Source: Candidatus Binatia bacterium
GTDB lineage: Bacteria > Desulfobacterota > Binatia > UBA9968
NCBI GenBank assembly: GCA_025924215.1
Contig: JAICEJ010000002.1
Span: 1 to 39,837 of the forward strand
Length of the DNA: 39,837 bases
Direction of reading: 5' to 3'
Shown: positions 1 through 7,999 of the stretch, one piece after another
Numbering within the stretch: the stretch's first letter is position 1
How the letters are laid out: every line of letters begins with the position of its first letter
Translations under genes and position numbers: made by a program
Notes under the pieces: generated by a model
What the model was told of the DNA's origin: nothing
Seen by the model: only the letters and a program-made list of their open reading frames with translations
The model's database searches: none

Positions 1-314
1 AACCTCCGTTCTTTGCCAGCATGAGATTGCACGCTAGCGATTCCGCCGTGACCTAATGAAATATTGAGAATTGCTATGACTCGTCCTAAATTTCCATGGC
101 GAAACTAAATCGAACCAGCTATAGGAGAGGGGCTAAAGATTGTCAAGGAAGGGTCGGTCCTGATAAATAATCTAGCTTCTAGAGCCCTACAGGTTTCAGG
201 GGTAACGTAGGCGCTCCTGAGCTGCATAACTTCACCGGCGCTCTGTCTAGATCATATAGGTGCATGAGGTCAGAGAAATTTGCCTGAGCACTCCGGCAGT
301 GATATTTTTCGCTC

Positions 315-542
315 ATGAAAGCTCGCAAAGATAATCGGCCTACGATGCGCGTCGGTGACCGTATTTTGATCAACAAGGGAATCTCAAAGAAGGTTCTCAT
401 AATTGCCCGGGTTGAGATTCCCCATTCGAATGAGAGGATTTTCGTTTCGAAATCTGGCGGTAAATACACCATGGGACTCAAAGTTTGGAAGTCAGATTAT
501 GCCTGGAGTGAGAAAAACCAGATGTGGGTTCCCAAACATTGA
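315..542 (+). CDS. small hypothetical protein (75 aa), weakly supported
   Basis: ORF only. No motif recognised and no clear Shine-Dalgarno sequence. It overlaps antisense ORF 179..481, whose R/S/L-rich translation looks less protein-like. Confidence 0.25.
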   Translation: MKARKDNRPTMRVGDRILINKGISKKVLIIARVEIPHSNERIFVSKSGGKYTMGLKVWKSDYAWSEKNQMWVPKH

Positions 543-644
543 CCGGAATCTGGTAGCTACTCTGGTGTGACGAGGTCATTGTTATCATCCCGCCTAGCGC
601 AAGCAAAAGAGCTCTACCCTTTTCGCGCAAGCCTTAGCTACAGC

Positions 645-2012
645 ATGAAACGAAATTTTGAGAATTTTCTAACTGACGTTGGAAATGGTAGTGGACCCGC
701 CTTAGTGCTTCTATTCGGCGATGATCTGCAGGTACAATCGGCCTGCAAGGCGCTGATCGATGTGGTCGTTCCCCCCGACCAGAGAGAATTTAATCTTGAG
801 CGGTTTGACGGCCGCTCAGCGGCATGGGATCAGATTGAATTGTCACTTTTGACTCCCCCGTTCTTGCCCGGAAAAAAGCTTGTATGGGTCGAAAGCGCGC
901 CCTACTTTCTTTCGCGTGAGAATAAAAGCGAACTCGGGGAGAAAATAATGCAGCTATGGAGTGAGGACAAAAAAGATGATGCAGGTAAGCTTTTATTCAA
1001 TTTACTAGCGATCGAGGGCTGGAGCCAAAAACAATGGGAACAGCTCGAACCGTCCAGGGACGCAGCAGTAGTTGAGCTGTTACAGGCACAAGATCATGAC
1101 GGCAGGGAAGCAGCCGACGCGCTGGTACTATACTGTAAGAGCAGAGGACTTGAGCTTAAAGAAGGCCGTGAATCCGAAGAAAACGCAATTCGGAAACTAT
1201 TGAACGGAGGTTTGCCGTCCTGGGATTTTCTGCTCCTCAGTGCAGCGCAAGTCGACCGGCGAACTCGACTCTACAAGCAATTCGAAGAAAACGGCGCGAT
1301 ATTTTTTCTTGGTCTCGAGCGTGATCGGTTTGGCAAGATCAGCCGAGACAAGCTGCGAGAATTTATTGACCGACAGTTGAGTCTCTCTAATAAGCGGGTT
1401 GATCCGAAAGCCCGCGAATTGATTTTGCTCCGCGCCGGGGATGATCTACGCACCCTCCAACAAGAGCTGAATAAGTTGGTGCTCTACGTCGGTGAACACG
1501 CGGTGATCCGCGCTGATGATGTTGAGACGATTTTCGCAGACCAAATCGAAGGTTGGATTTTCGATCTTACCCGGTTTGTTGCCGGGCGCGACGCTACAGC
1601 GGCTCTCTCCCAGCTAGCTCGTCTGCTCGCGGGAGGTGATCACCCACTGAGAGTACTGAGCGTGATCGCGGCTGAAGTGCGGAAGCTTATATCTGCGCGG
1701 CAAATACTCGAAACTGATTTGCGCGGCCGGTGGAAGCGCGGTATGACCTACAAGCAATTTGAGCAAGAGATCATCGACCAGAGGACTACATTACTGACGC
1801 GCAACCCGTACGCGGATTATCTCTGTTTTCAGCGAGCTGAAACATTTTCGTTGCCGGAGTTGCTTTCACACATGCGCGGTATTCACGATGCGGATCTGCT
1901 CTTAAAGTCCAGCGGAGCAAACCCGGAATTAGTCATGGAACGGCTGATTTTAAAGATGTGCTTGGGAGGGCGGACGGTCCCAAGCCACGGCAACCGGATG
2001 GCGGCAATATGA
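645..2012 (+). CDS. holA: DNA polymerase III delta subunit (HolA-like), unusually long
   Basis: The N-terminus has GPALVLLFGDDLQVQ about 20 aa after the ATG at 645, the typical delta-subunit start; the tracked GTG at 567 adds 26 aa. The C-terminal half is helical (LRTLQQELNKLVLYVG..). The stop overlaps the next gene's start (ATGA at 2009-2012). Confidence 0.75.
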   Translation: MKRNFENFLTDVGNGSGPALVLLFGDDLQVQSACKALIDVVVPPDQREFNLERFDGRSAAWDQIELSLLTPPFLPGKKLVWVESAPYFLSRENKSELGEKIMQLWSEDKKDDAGKLLFNLLAIEGWSQKQWEQLEPSRDAAVVELLQAQDHDGREAADALVLYCKSRGLELKEGRESEENAIRKLLNGGLPSWDFLLLSAAQVDRRTRLYKQFEENGAIFFLGLERDRFGKISRDKLREFIDRQLSLSNKRVDPKARELILLRAGDDLRTLQQELNKLVLYVGEHAVIRADDVETIFADQIEGWIFDLTRFVAGRDATAALSQLARLLAGGDHPLRVLSVIAAEVRKLISARQILETDLRGRWKRGMTYKQFEQEIIDQRTTLLTRNPYADYLCFQRAETFSLPELLSHMRGIHDADLLLKSSGANPELVMERLILKMCLGGRTVPSHGNRMAAI

Positions 2013-2545
2013 AGCCATTGCCATTCCTGATTGCAGGCGCAATTTTCTTTACGCTCATTGCCGCCGCCAGCGCCGATATGGCTGTGGAAGCTTGTTTTAG
2101 TCCCCAAGGTAAGTGCTCTACCCATATTGTAAGAGAAATCGAGAATGCTAGAAGAGAACTTCTGGTCGCCGTCTACGCGTTCACAAGCGACGAATTAGCC
2201 GGCGCTTTGGTACAAGCCAAGAAGCGGGGTCTCATGGTTCAGGTCATCATTGATCGGGAGTTCGACTCGCGCAACGACAAGTCTAAAGGTAAATTTTTAG
2301 AGGTCCAAAAAATTCCGGTACGGCGTCTCTCAGGCAGCAAGCCGCCCAATGCGGCACGAGAGGCTGGGCTCATGCACCAGAAATTCGCCGTCATCGATCG
2401 CCGCGTCGTGTTTACCGGCTCCTATAATTGGACCCAAGCCGCCGACAGCTCCAACGATGAAAATCTTTTACTTTTTCGTGATGCCGGGCCGTTAGCAGAG
2501 GAATACCGACGTATTTTTGAGCGTTTGTGGGAGAGAAAATCTTGA
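2009..2545 (+). CDS. secreted PLD-superfamily single-HKD endonuclease (Nuc-like)
   Basis: Signal-peptide-like N-terminus MKPLPFLIAGAIFFTLIAAASA from the ATG at 2009. It has one HKD motif, HQKFAVIDRRVVFTGSYNWT (HxKx4D..GSxN). The size of about 178 aa is typical of Nuc-type dimeric nucleases. Confidence 0.85.
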   Translation: MKPLPFLIAGAIFFTLIAAASADMAVEACFSPQGKCSTHIVREIENARRELLVAVYAFTSDELAGALVQAKKRGLMVQVIIDREFDSRNDKSKGKFLEVQKIPVRRLSGSKPPNAAREAGLMHQKFAVIDRRVVFTGSYNWTQAADSSNDENLLLFRDAGPLAEEYRRIFERLWERKS

Positions 2546-3069
2546 AAGACTTCGCGCCCACACAAGCGATCTCACTTATAGCCGCGTTTGTTGCGGGAGT
2601 CTGCACCCTAGTTCTTTATCAACGTTGGAATCCTCCGATCGCGCAAGTCGACGAATCCACGACGTTAGATGTGGTGCGCCTGCAACCGTCCTCGGGTCTT
2701 CCAAGCTTCGCCGTCAAGTTCACGCCTTTGCCGGTTGATGAAAAAGCGGTCGAACCGCCTGTTTTGCAGGCGCTCGAGGTTGAAAAGATTCGAGCTTTCG
2801 CTGGAAAGCCTGCGCGGATTCGCGGCCGAATTTTTCGCGTCGGCCATTCGGCCAAAAGCAACACTTACTTTCTCAATTTCGGACCTTCCCGGTCCGCGCT
2901 GACGGCGGTTATCTTTGCGTCGGCCGTGGAACTTTTCGAGCAACACAAACTGCCGCCAAAAGCTTTTGATGGCCGGGACGTGGAGCTACGTGGGGAGATA
3001 AAGGATCATCCGCAATATGGGCTAGAAATGGTCTTGGAAAATCCCTCACAGATTAAGATTTTGAAATAG
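2527..3069 (+). CDS. membrane-anchored protein with C-terminal OB-fold-like domain
   Basis: N-terminal TM helix ISLIAAFVAGVCTLVLY. The C-terminal ~100 aa (ARIRGRIFRVGHSAKSNTYFLNFG..LTAVIF..DVELRGEIKDHPQYGLEMVLENPSQIKIL) resemble OB-fold modules attached to ComEA- or thermonuclease-type proteins. The start is uncertain (GTG 2527 or TTG 2542); both overlap the PLD gene's stop at 2543-2545. Confidence 0.65.
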   Translation: MGEKILKDFAPTQAISLIAAFVAGVCTLVLYQRWNPPIAQVDESTTLDVVRLQPSSGLPSFAVKFTPLPVDEKAVEPPVLQALEVEKIRAFAGKPARIRGRIFRVGHSAKSNTYFLNFGPSRSALTAVIFASAVELFEQHKLPPKAFDGRDVELRGEIKDHPQYGLEMVLENPSQIKILK

Positions 3070-3344
3070 ATCTTAGTTTGACTACGCGGGCTCTGAGCCC
3101 TGCATCAGTATCTTCGACGAAACTCCGGCGCAAAGGAATTACTTATTGGCGCCCCTCCAAAATGTGATCCTGGGCTCGGACTAACAAATTAATTGCAGCT
3201 GGTATTAATGAAACACAGTTCGAGGACAAAAAGGCTATCCTGAGATCGGGAGATATGATATAAATTGGTTCTATTTTGATGCTTCCGAGCGTCCAGCGCA
3301 TTCAGTGAAGAAGCCCCGAAAGAGAGGCCAAGAAGCTGAAAAGA

Positions 3345-4586
3345 TTGAACTTACGATCGACTATAGCGGGATTCCTGTTTATCTGCGTGCTTCTGCCTGA
3401 TTCTTTGCTCTGGGCAGTTTCTCCAGACGACGACTTATCCGCCCGCGCACTACTTCTAATGGATGCGAAAACCGGCAAGATCCTTTATCAAAAAAATGCT
3501 GACACCCCGCTTCCACCAGCCAGCACGACTAAAGTACTGACTGCAATTCTGACCCTTGAGAGCCAGAAGCGATCCAACGAACGACTAACTGTTTCCAAAG
3601 CTGCGACCCGGGTGCCTGCCTCCAAGCTTTACCTTAAGCCGGGACAAACGGTCAGTATTGAAGATCTGCTTTATGGAGTGTTGCTAGCCTCCGCTAACGA
3701 TGCCAGTGTCGTATTGGCCGAGGGCATCGGGGGTTCCGTGGAAAGATTTGCCGAAATCATGACGAAAAAGGCACATAATCTCGGGGCAATCAATACGCAT
3801 TTTAGTAATCCGCATGGTTTGACCGCGGCGGATCATTACTCGACGGCTCGTGATTTGGCGTTAATTTTCAGATACGCAATGAAAAATCCAACGTTCCGAG
3901 AAATTATGCGTACGAAAATGAGTTCGGTGAGATCGCTGTCGCCCGGAAAGAAAAGCACGCGGACGCGGCTGATCTCAGTGCGCAATCACAACCGGCTCTT
4001 GTGGAACTACGATGGCGCGATCGGCGGCAAAACAGGCTATACCTTTGCCGCTCAAAAATGCTATGTCGGTGCGGTCGAGCGAAATGGCGTAACCCTGATA
4101 GTGTCGCTACTCGGCTCGCGCGATCTTTGGGGTGATACGAAACGCCTTCTAGAATACGGATTCGATAATTATCACGTCCTTAATACGTTGACACCAGCTG
4201 TGAAGTCCCTAACTGCACAGCGAGCCAATCCGGACCCGGCAAAATTATCCGCATTAATGACAATGCCGCAGGCAGAAGCCGCGGTCAAATCTTCTACCGA
4301 CGGTTACATTCTGCAAGTCGGTTCATTTCGCGAGCAGCACAGAGCAGAAGCTCTGTTGAAGACATTCTCGGAAAAAGGCTTTGATCCTTTTATCGAAAAA
4401 ACAACGCTAAGCGACAAAGGCGAGACTTCTTATCGTGTCCGCTTGGGTCCTTACGCCGAGCTTTCCGAGGCGCAGCAGATACTCCAGGACGTCTTAAAGG
4501 AAAGCGGCCATCGGGCCGTTGTCCTTCCCTATTCCATCATTCCCGAAAACGAGAGCGTTGGCAGCCAAACAGAGCCGCCCTTGTAG
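3345..4586 (+). CDS. D-alanyl-D-alanine carboxypeptidase (PBP5/6 type, peptidase S11) with C-terminal SPOR domain
   Basis: Signal peptide present. Motifs are SxxK (ASTTK), SxN (SANDAS) and KTG (GGKTGYT). The C-terminal GYILQVGSFREQHRAEALL..SYRVRLGPYAELSEAQ (about 4302..4530) is a typical SPOR repeat. Confidence 0.9.
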   Translation: MNLRSTIAGFLFICVLLPDSLLWAVSPDDDLSARALLLMDAKTGKILYQKNADTPLPPASTTKVLTAILTLESQKRSNERLTVSKAATRVPASKLYLKPGQTVSIEDLLYGVLLASANDASVVLAEGIGGSVERFAEIMTKKAHNLGAINTHFSNPHGLTAADHYSTARDLALIFRYAMKNPTFREIMRTKMSSVRSLSPGKKSTRTRLISVRNHNRLLWNYDGAIGGKTGYTFAAQKCYVGAVERNGVTLIVSLLGSRDLWGDTKRLLEYGFDNYHVLNTLTPAVKSLTAQRANPDPAKLSALMTMPQAEAAVKSSTDGYILQVGSFREQHRAEALLKTFSEKGFDPFIEKTTLSDKGETSYRVRLGPYAELSEAQQILQDVLKESGHRAVVLPYSIIPENESVGSQTEPPL

Positions 4587-4589
4587 TTG

Positions 4590-5324
4590 TCAAATCTCCA
4601 CGATCATTCCATCTTCTGCCATCGCGCAGGAAATCTCGGCGCTACGAGCAAGCATGTCGTAGCCCATGTGAGTCAGTATGATTCGAGGGCAGCTCAAACG
4701 TGGCAGCTGTTCTCTCAACTGTAGGTAGCTCATGTGGTTCGAGCTCTCCCGGTCGTAGTAGGTACACTCGCAGACGAAAAGGTCGACGCCGCCGGCGTGC
4801 TTTAGAAATGCATCTGTCCAGGCCGAATCTCCCGAAAACAAAACGTGCTTGCCGTTATAACTAACCTTCAACGCGAGCGATATTTCGTGCACCTGATGCG
4901 GCACGCGGAATGGAAATACCTCAATTCCCTGAATCGTTGAGGTTTTCTCAGGCTCTAAAACGTGGAAGCAGGTACTTGCAAGATCTACGGCCTTGGTGCC
5001 CTTGCCGTACATGAGGTCGAAGACGGCACGAGCTTTTTCTTCTGTTCCCACGGGTCCAGCCACATGCAGCGGCTTTTCGCGGCTGTTCTCATACAAAAAT
5101 TCCATAAAGAAGAAAGGCAAGCCGCCAAAGTGATCGCCATGTAGGTGGCTCAAGAAGATGACATCGAGTCGGCCCGAATCAAATCCGAGCTTCTTCAGCG
5201 CGAGCAAAGAAGTCGCGCCGCAGTCCAGCAAGAACAGGCGGTCCGGGGCCTCGATTAAGTATGCACTTTGATTACGCCCACCACTGCCGAATGCATCACC
5301 ACAGCCCAGTATATAGAGTCTCAT
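4590..5324 (-). CDS. MBL-fold metallo-hydrolase (RNase Z/BN-like)
   Basis: HxHxDH motif (LSHLHGDHFGG). The N-terminus MRLYILGCGDAFGSGGRNQSAYL starts from the ATG at 5324. The tracked ORF extends to 5405, but that extension covers non-coding-looking direct repeats. Confidence 0.85.
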   Translation of the reverse strand: MRLYILGCGDAFGSGGRNQSAYLIEAPDRLFLLDCGATSLLALKKLGFDSGRLDVIFLSHLHGDHFGGLPFFFMEFLYENSREKPLHVAGPVGTEEKARAVFDLMYGKGTKAVDLASTCFHVLEPEKTSTIQGIEVFPFRVPHQVHEISLALKVSYNGKHVLFSGDSAWTDAFLKHAGGVDLFVCECTYYDRESSNHMSYLQLREQLPRLSCPRIILTHMGYDMLARSAEISCAMAEDGMIVEI

Positions 5325-5345
5325 TTTTAGTTCGATTGTAATTCT

Positions 5346-5377
5346 AGTTAAGCCGCTGGGCTTAGGAGTTAAGCCGC
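5346..5377. promoter_or_regulatory. two copies of an 11-bp direct repeat AGTTAAGCCGC (5346-5356 and 5367-5377, 21-bp period) in a divergent promoter region
   Basis: Exact repeat read directly from the sequence. It lies between the MBL-hydrolase start (5324, minus strand) and the MarR start (5463, plus strand). Confidence 0.4.
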
Positions 5378-5462
5378 GGAACCGCTTACACGAATCACTT
5401 CTCAATTCGCAAACAACGAGCTATTTATTGCTTTTTCATTTGACGCCGACTAAATTGGCGAC

Positions 5463-5921
5463 GTGCGAGTCGAAAAACGTCCCTTTTTTGCTTCCTACAG
5501 CACGAGTCTCTGGGTGCGGTTTTTAAGGTTTAATCTCTCATCGCATAAAAAGTTGGAATCTGATCTTGGCAAAGTCGGTTTAACACCGCCACAGTTCTAC
5601 GTACTCGCAACCATTGGTTACGCGGGCAGCCTACCATTTGGCGAGATCGGCGCTAAGATGATGGTTACGGTCAGCAATCTTACCGGTATCGTTGACCGGC
5701 TTGAGCAAAAAAAACTCGTCGTAAGGAAGCGCGACTCAACCGACCGCCGTGTTGTTCACGTAACATTGACAGATAAAGGAGCCAACTTATACAAGACCAC
5801 AATTCCTCTCTTTGAGAGAAGTGTCTCTGCAATCTTTTCTTCGCTCGATCTTCCGCATCAGAAAGAACTCTCCGCCTTGCTACGAAAACTGAATCACGGC
5901 GAGCTCGCCATTCTAAGCTAG
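5463..5921 (+). CDS. MarR-family transcriptional regulator
   Basis: Winged-HTH pattern LTPPQFYVLATIG..FGEIGAKMMVTVSNLTGIVDRLEQKKLVVRKRDSTDRRVVHVTLTDKG. The start is uncertain (GTG 5463 or an in-frame GTG at 5514). Confidence 0.85.
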   Translation: MRVEKRPFFASYSTSLWVRFLRFNLSSHKKLESDLGKVGLTPPQFYVLATIGYAGSLPFGEIGAKMMVTVSNLTGIVDRLEQKKLVVRKRDSTDRRVVHVTLTDKGANLYKTTIPLFERSVSAIFSSLDLPHQKELSALLRKLNHGELAILS

Positions 5922-5925
5922 TTTG

Positions 5926-5955
5926 TTGACACGCCAGTTTGTCTGGGGCTATACA
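5926..5955 (+). promoter_or_regulatory. sigma70-like promoter candidate: TTGACA, 18-nt spacer, TATACA
   Basis: A perfect -35 hexamer at 5926-5931 and TATACA at 5950-5955, about 60 nt upstream of the CCG-protein start. GTTTGT occurs twice around the -35 (5921-5926 and 5937-5942). Confidence 0.45.
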
Positions 5956-6014
5956 ATTAATGTCTTAAGATTTCATTTCTTCAAAACAGCTACGGATCTT
6001 ACACGCTTCATACT

Positions 6015-7238
6015 GTGCAAGACGAATCCAAAAAAAACCTCGGCCTAGAGCGGGTCAAAAAATGGCTCTATGCCAAAGATCTAAATGCGCGCAGCAGTGG
6101 CTGTGTTTTATGCGGCTCCTGTTATGGGCACGGCCCGGCCAATCCGATGGAAGACGTTCCCGGGCCTAAACAAAAATGCCCTCCTTATGAATTTTATCGG
6201 TTCCAACGCCACACGCCAAAGTCGCGTTGGCTGATGGCGCAGCGTGTCTTTCACGGGCTTGACCCAATCACGCCCGAACTCAAGGAAATCGTCTACAGTT
6301 GTACAACCTGCCTGATGTGCCAGGAGCTTTGCGGCGTCCGGGCTGACGGTTACGGCCCATGGGATATTACGGTTGCCATGCGCGAGCAGATCACTGAGGA
6401 AGAGGGTCCGATTGCCGCTCATCGCCACCTATACCAGGGTTTGCAGCAACACGATAACCCCTGGTCGCAAACGAGGGCAGAACGCGGCTTTTGGGCAAAC
6501 GGATTGGGGCTGGTTAAAATTGCTGAGCGACATGCCCCGACGGTGTTGTTCGCCGGTTGCTCCGCCGATCAGCCAAGCGGCCGCGCCGGTGCCGTGGCCT
6601 TGGCCAAGCTGATGCAAAAGGCAGGCGAGGACTTTGTTATCCTCGGTGATCAGGAAAAATGCTGCGGGTTGCATGCTTACGATCTCGGATTTCGGCGCGA
6701 GTACGAGCGTCTGCAAAAGGAAAACCTGGACGCAATTACGCAAGGTGGAGTGGGAAGGCTGGTGGTTGCTTGCGGCAGTTGCCGCCGCATTTGGCGCGAG
6801 AATGCCAAAGTTGGTGCCGCCGGTTTGGAAGTCTTGCATGGCGTGGAATATCTCGAAGCCGCTTTACGGACGGGTCACTTGAAAATCACTAAACCGATTC
6901 GAAAAAAAGTTACTTACCACGATTCCTGCCATTTAGGGCGAGGTTGCGGCATATACGAAGCGCCGCGCACCATTTTGCGCTCCATTCCTGGAGTCGAGTT
7001 CGTGGAAATGACACGGAACCAACGTTGGGCATGGTGCTGCGGCGGCGGCGGCGGTGTTCCTGAAGCGGATCCGAACCTCGCTCAATGGAGCGCAACCGAT
7101 CGCATGCGTGAGGCGAAGGAAACCGGCGCCGAACTGGTTTTGACCTCAAGCGCGTTATGCCTGCGCTCATTCAATGCGCTTGAACAGCCTGCTCTGCCGG
7201 CCCAAGATCTGATTGAGTTTGTCGGCCAAGCTGTTTGA
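6015..7238 (+). CDS. (Fe-S)-binding CCG-domain protein (HdrD/GlpC/GlcF-like)
   Basis: Two ferredoxin-type cysteine clusters (CVLCGSC..KCPP and CTTCLMCQELC) and two CCG cysteine-rich domains (KCCGLHAYD and WAWCCGGGGG). Confidence 0.85.
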   Translation: MQDESKKNLGLERVKKWLYAKDLNARSSGCVLCGSCYGHGPANPMEDVPGPKQKCPPYEFYRFQRHTPKSRWLMAQRVFHGLDPITPELKEIVYSCTTCLMCQELCGVRADGYGPWDITVAMREQITEEEGPIAAHRHLYQGLQQHDNPWSQTRAERGFWANGLGLVKIAERHAPTVLFAGCSADQPSGRAGAVALAKLMQKAGEDFVILGDQEKCCGLHAYDLGFRREYERLQKENLDAITQGGVGRLVVACGSCRRIWRENAKVGAAGLEVLHGVEYLEAALRTGHLKITKPIRKKVTYHDSCHLGRGCGIYEAPRTILRSIPGVEFVEMTRNQRWAWCCGGGGGVPEADPNLAQWSATDRMREAKETGAELVLTSSALCLRSFNALEQPALPAQDLIEFVGQAV

Positions 7239-7241
7239 TCG

Positions 7242-7976
7242 ATGCTCAAAGAAGCTCACTTTACACCGCAAAGAATGCTCTCGATGCTCGGGCTGAAGGC
7301 CGATTCTCTCGGTCCGTATGCCTTGATTCCCGGCCCTAAGGATCGGAGCCAATTGCTTTTGAGTATGTTGGATCAACCGCAAAAAAACTTCACGTTCCTG
7401 GATTACGAGATGCACACCGGAACTCTGGACGGAAAGAGAGTAACCGTCGGAAATGGCGGGCGCTACGCTCCGGACACGGCGATTACCACCGAAATTCTTT
7501 GTGGTGCCGGTGCCCAAGCGCTGATCCGCGTCGGAAGTTGCGGCTCGTTGCAGGAGCATGTGAAGATTGGCGATCTGATCATCGTAACCGGAGCGCTGCG
7601 CGGTGAAGGCACATCGTCCTATTACGTGGCAAATAATTTTTCCACCAGGGCTCACCCCGAGATAGTCGATGCATTGAAGCGAGCCGCGGAAAGCCTGCAG
7701 GTGCGGTTCCATCTAGGCTGGATTTTTACCACTGACGCGCTATTCCAGGAAACGCCGGAATTGATCGCGCAACTCACAGAACAAAATGTTTCGAGCATCG
7801 ACATGGTGACCTCGGCTTTTTTAACGATCGCTCAAGTTCGAAAGAAAAAGGCCGGTGCCATTCTTGCCGTCTCGGATGAGTGTTTGCACGGCAAATTCGG
7901 ATTTCGTGACCCTTTGTTTTTCGCAGCCGAAGAGAAAATCATTGCGGTTGCCCGCCAAGCTCTCGAGTACTTTTAG
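7242..7976 (+). CDS. nucleoside phosphorylase, PNP_UDP_1 family (hexameric DeoD/Udp type)
   Basis: Aligns by eye to E. coli DeoD: ALIPGPKDRSQLL vs LMPGDPLRAKYI, HTGTLDGKRVTVGNGG vs FTGTYKGRKISVMGHG, and LIRVGSCGSL vs IIRVGSCGAV. Confidence 0.8.
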   Translation: MLKEAHFTPQRMLSMLGLKADSLGPYALIPGPKDRSQLLLSMLDQPQKNFTFLDYEMHTGTLDGKRVTVGNGGRYAPDTAITTEILCGAGAQALIRVGSCGSLQEHVKIGDLIIVTGALRGEGTSSYYVANNFSTRAHPEIVDALKRAAESLQVRFHLGWIFTTDALFQETPELIAQLTEQNVSSIDMVTSAFLTIAQVRKKKAGAILAVSDECLHGKFGFRDPLFFAAEEKIIAVARQALEYF

Positions 7977-7999
7977 CCTGGTACAACTGCAGATCGTTT

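Noticed and set aside
1-56. Possible 3' end of an upstream plus-strand gene (frame 3 reads ..PPFFASMRLHASDSAVT stop)
   Set aside because: Only 17 codons are visible and nothing is recognisable, so it cannot be supported from this window.
100-125. tRNA-like T-loop sequence GGTTCGATT on the minus strand near the window start
   Set aside because: The flanking bases do not form a T-stem (GCTGG vs TAGTT). No acceptor or anticodon arms can be drawn, so this is an isolated motif only.
179-481. 100-aa minus-strand ORF overlapping the 315..542 ORF
   Set aside because: Its composition is not protein-like (R/S/L rich), it has no motif or SD, and it is mutually exclusive with the slightly more plausible plus-strand ORF. 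Neither ORF is strongly supported.
5922-6014. SAM or other riboswitch upstream of the methionine-salvage-like operon
   Set aside because: The leader is only about 60 nt downstream of the predicted promoter. It shows no SAM-I/II-like conserved segments or extended helices.
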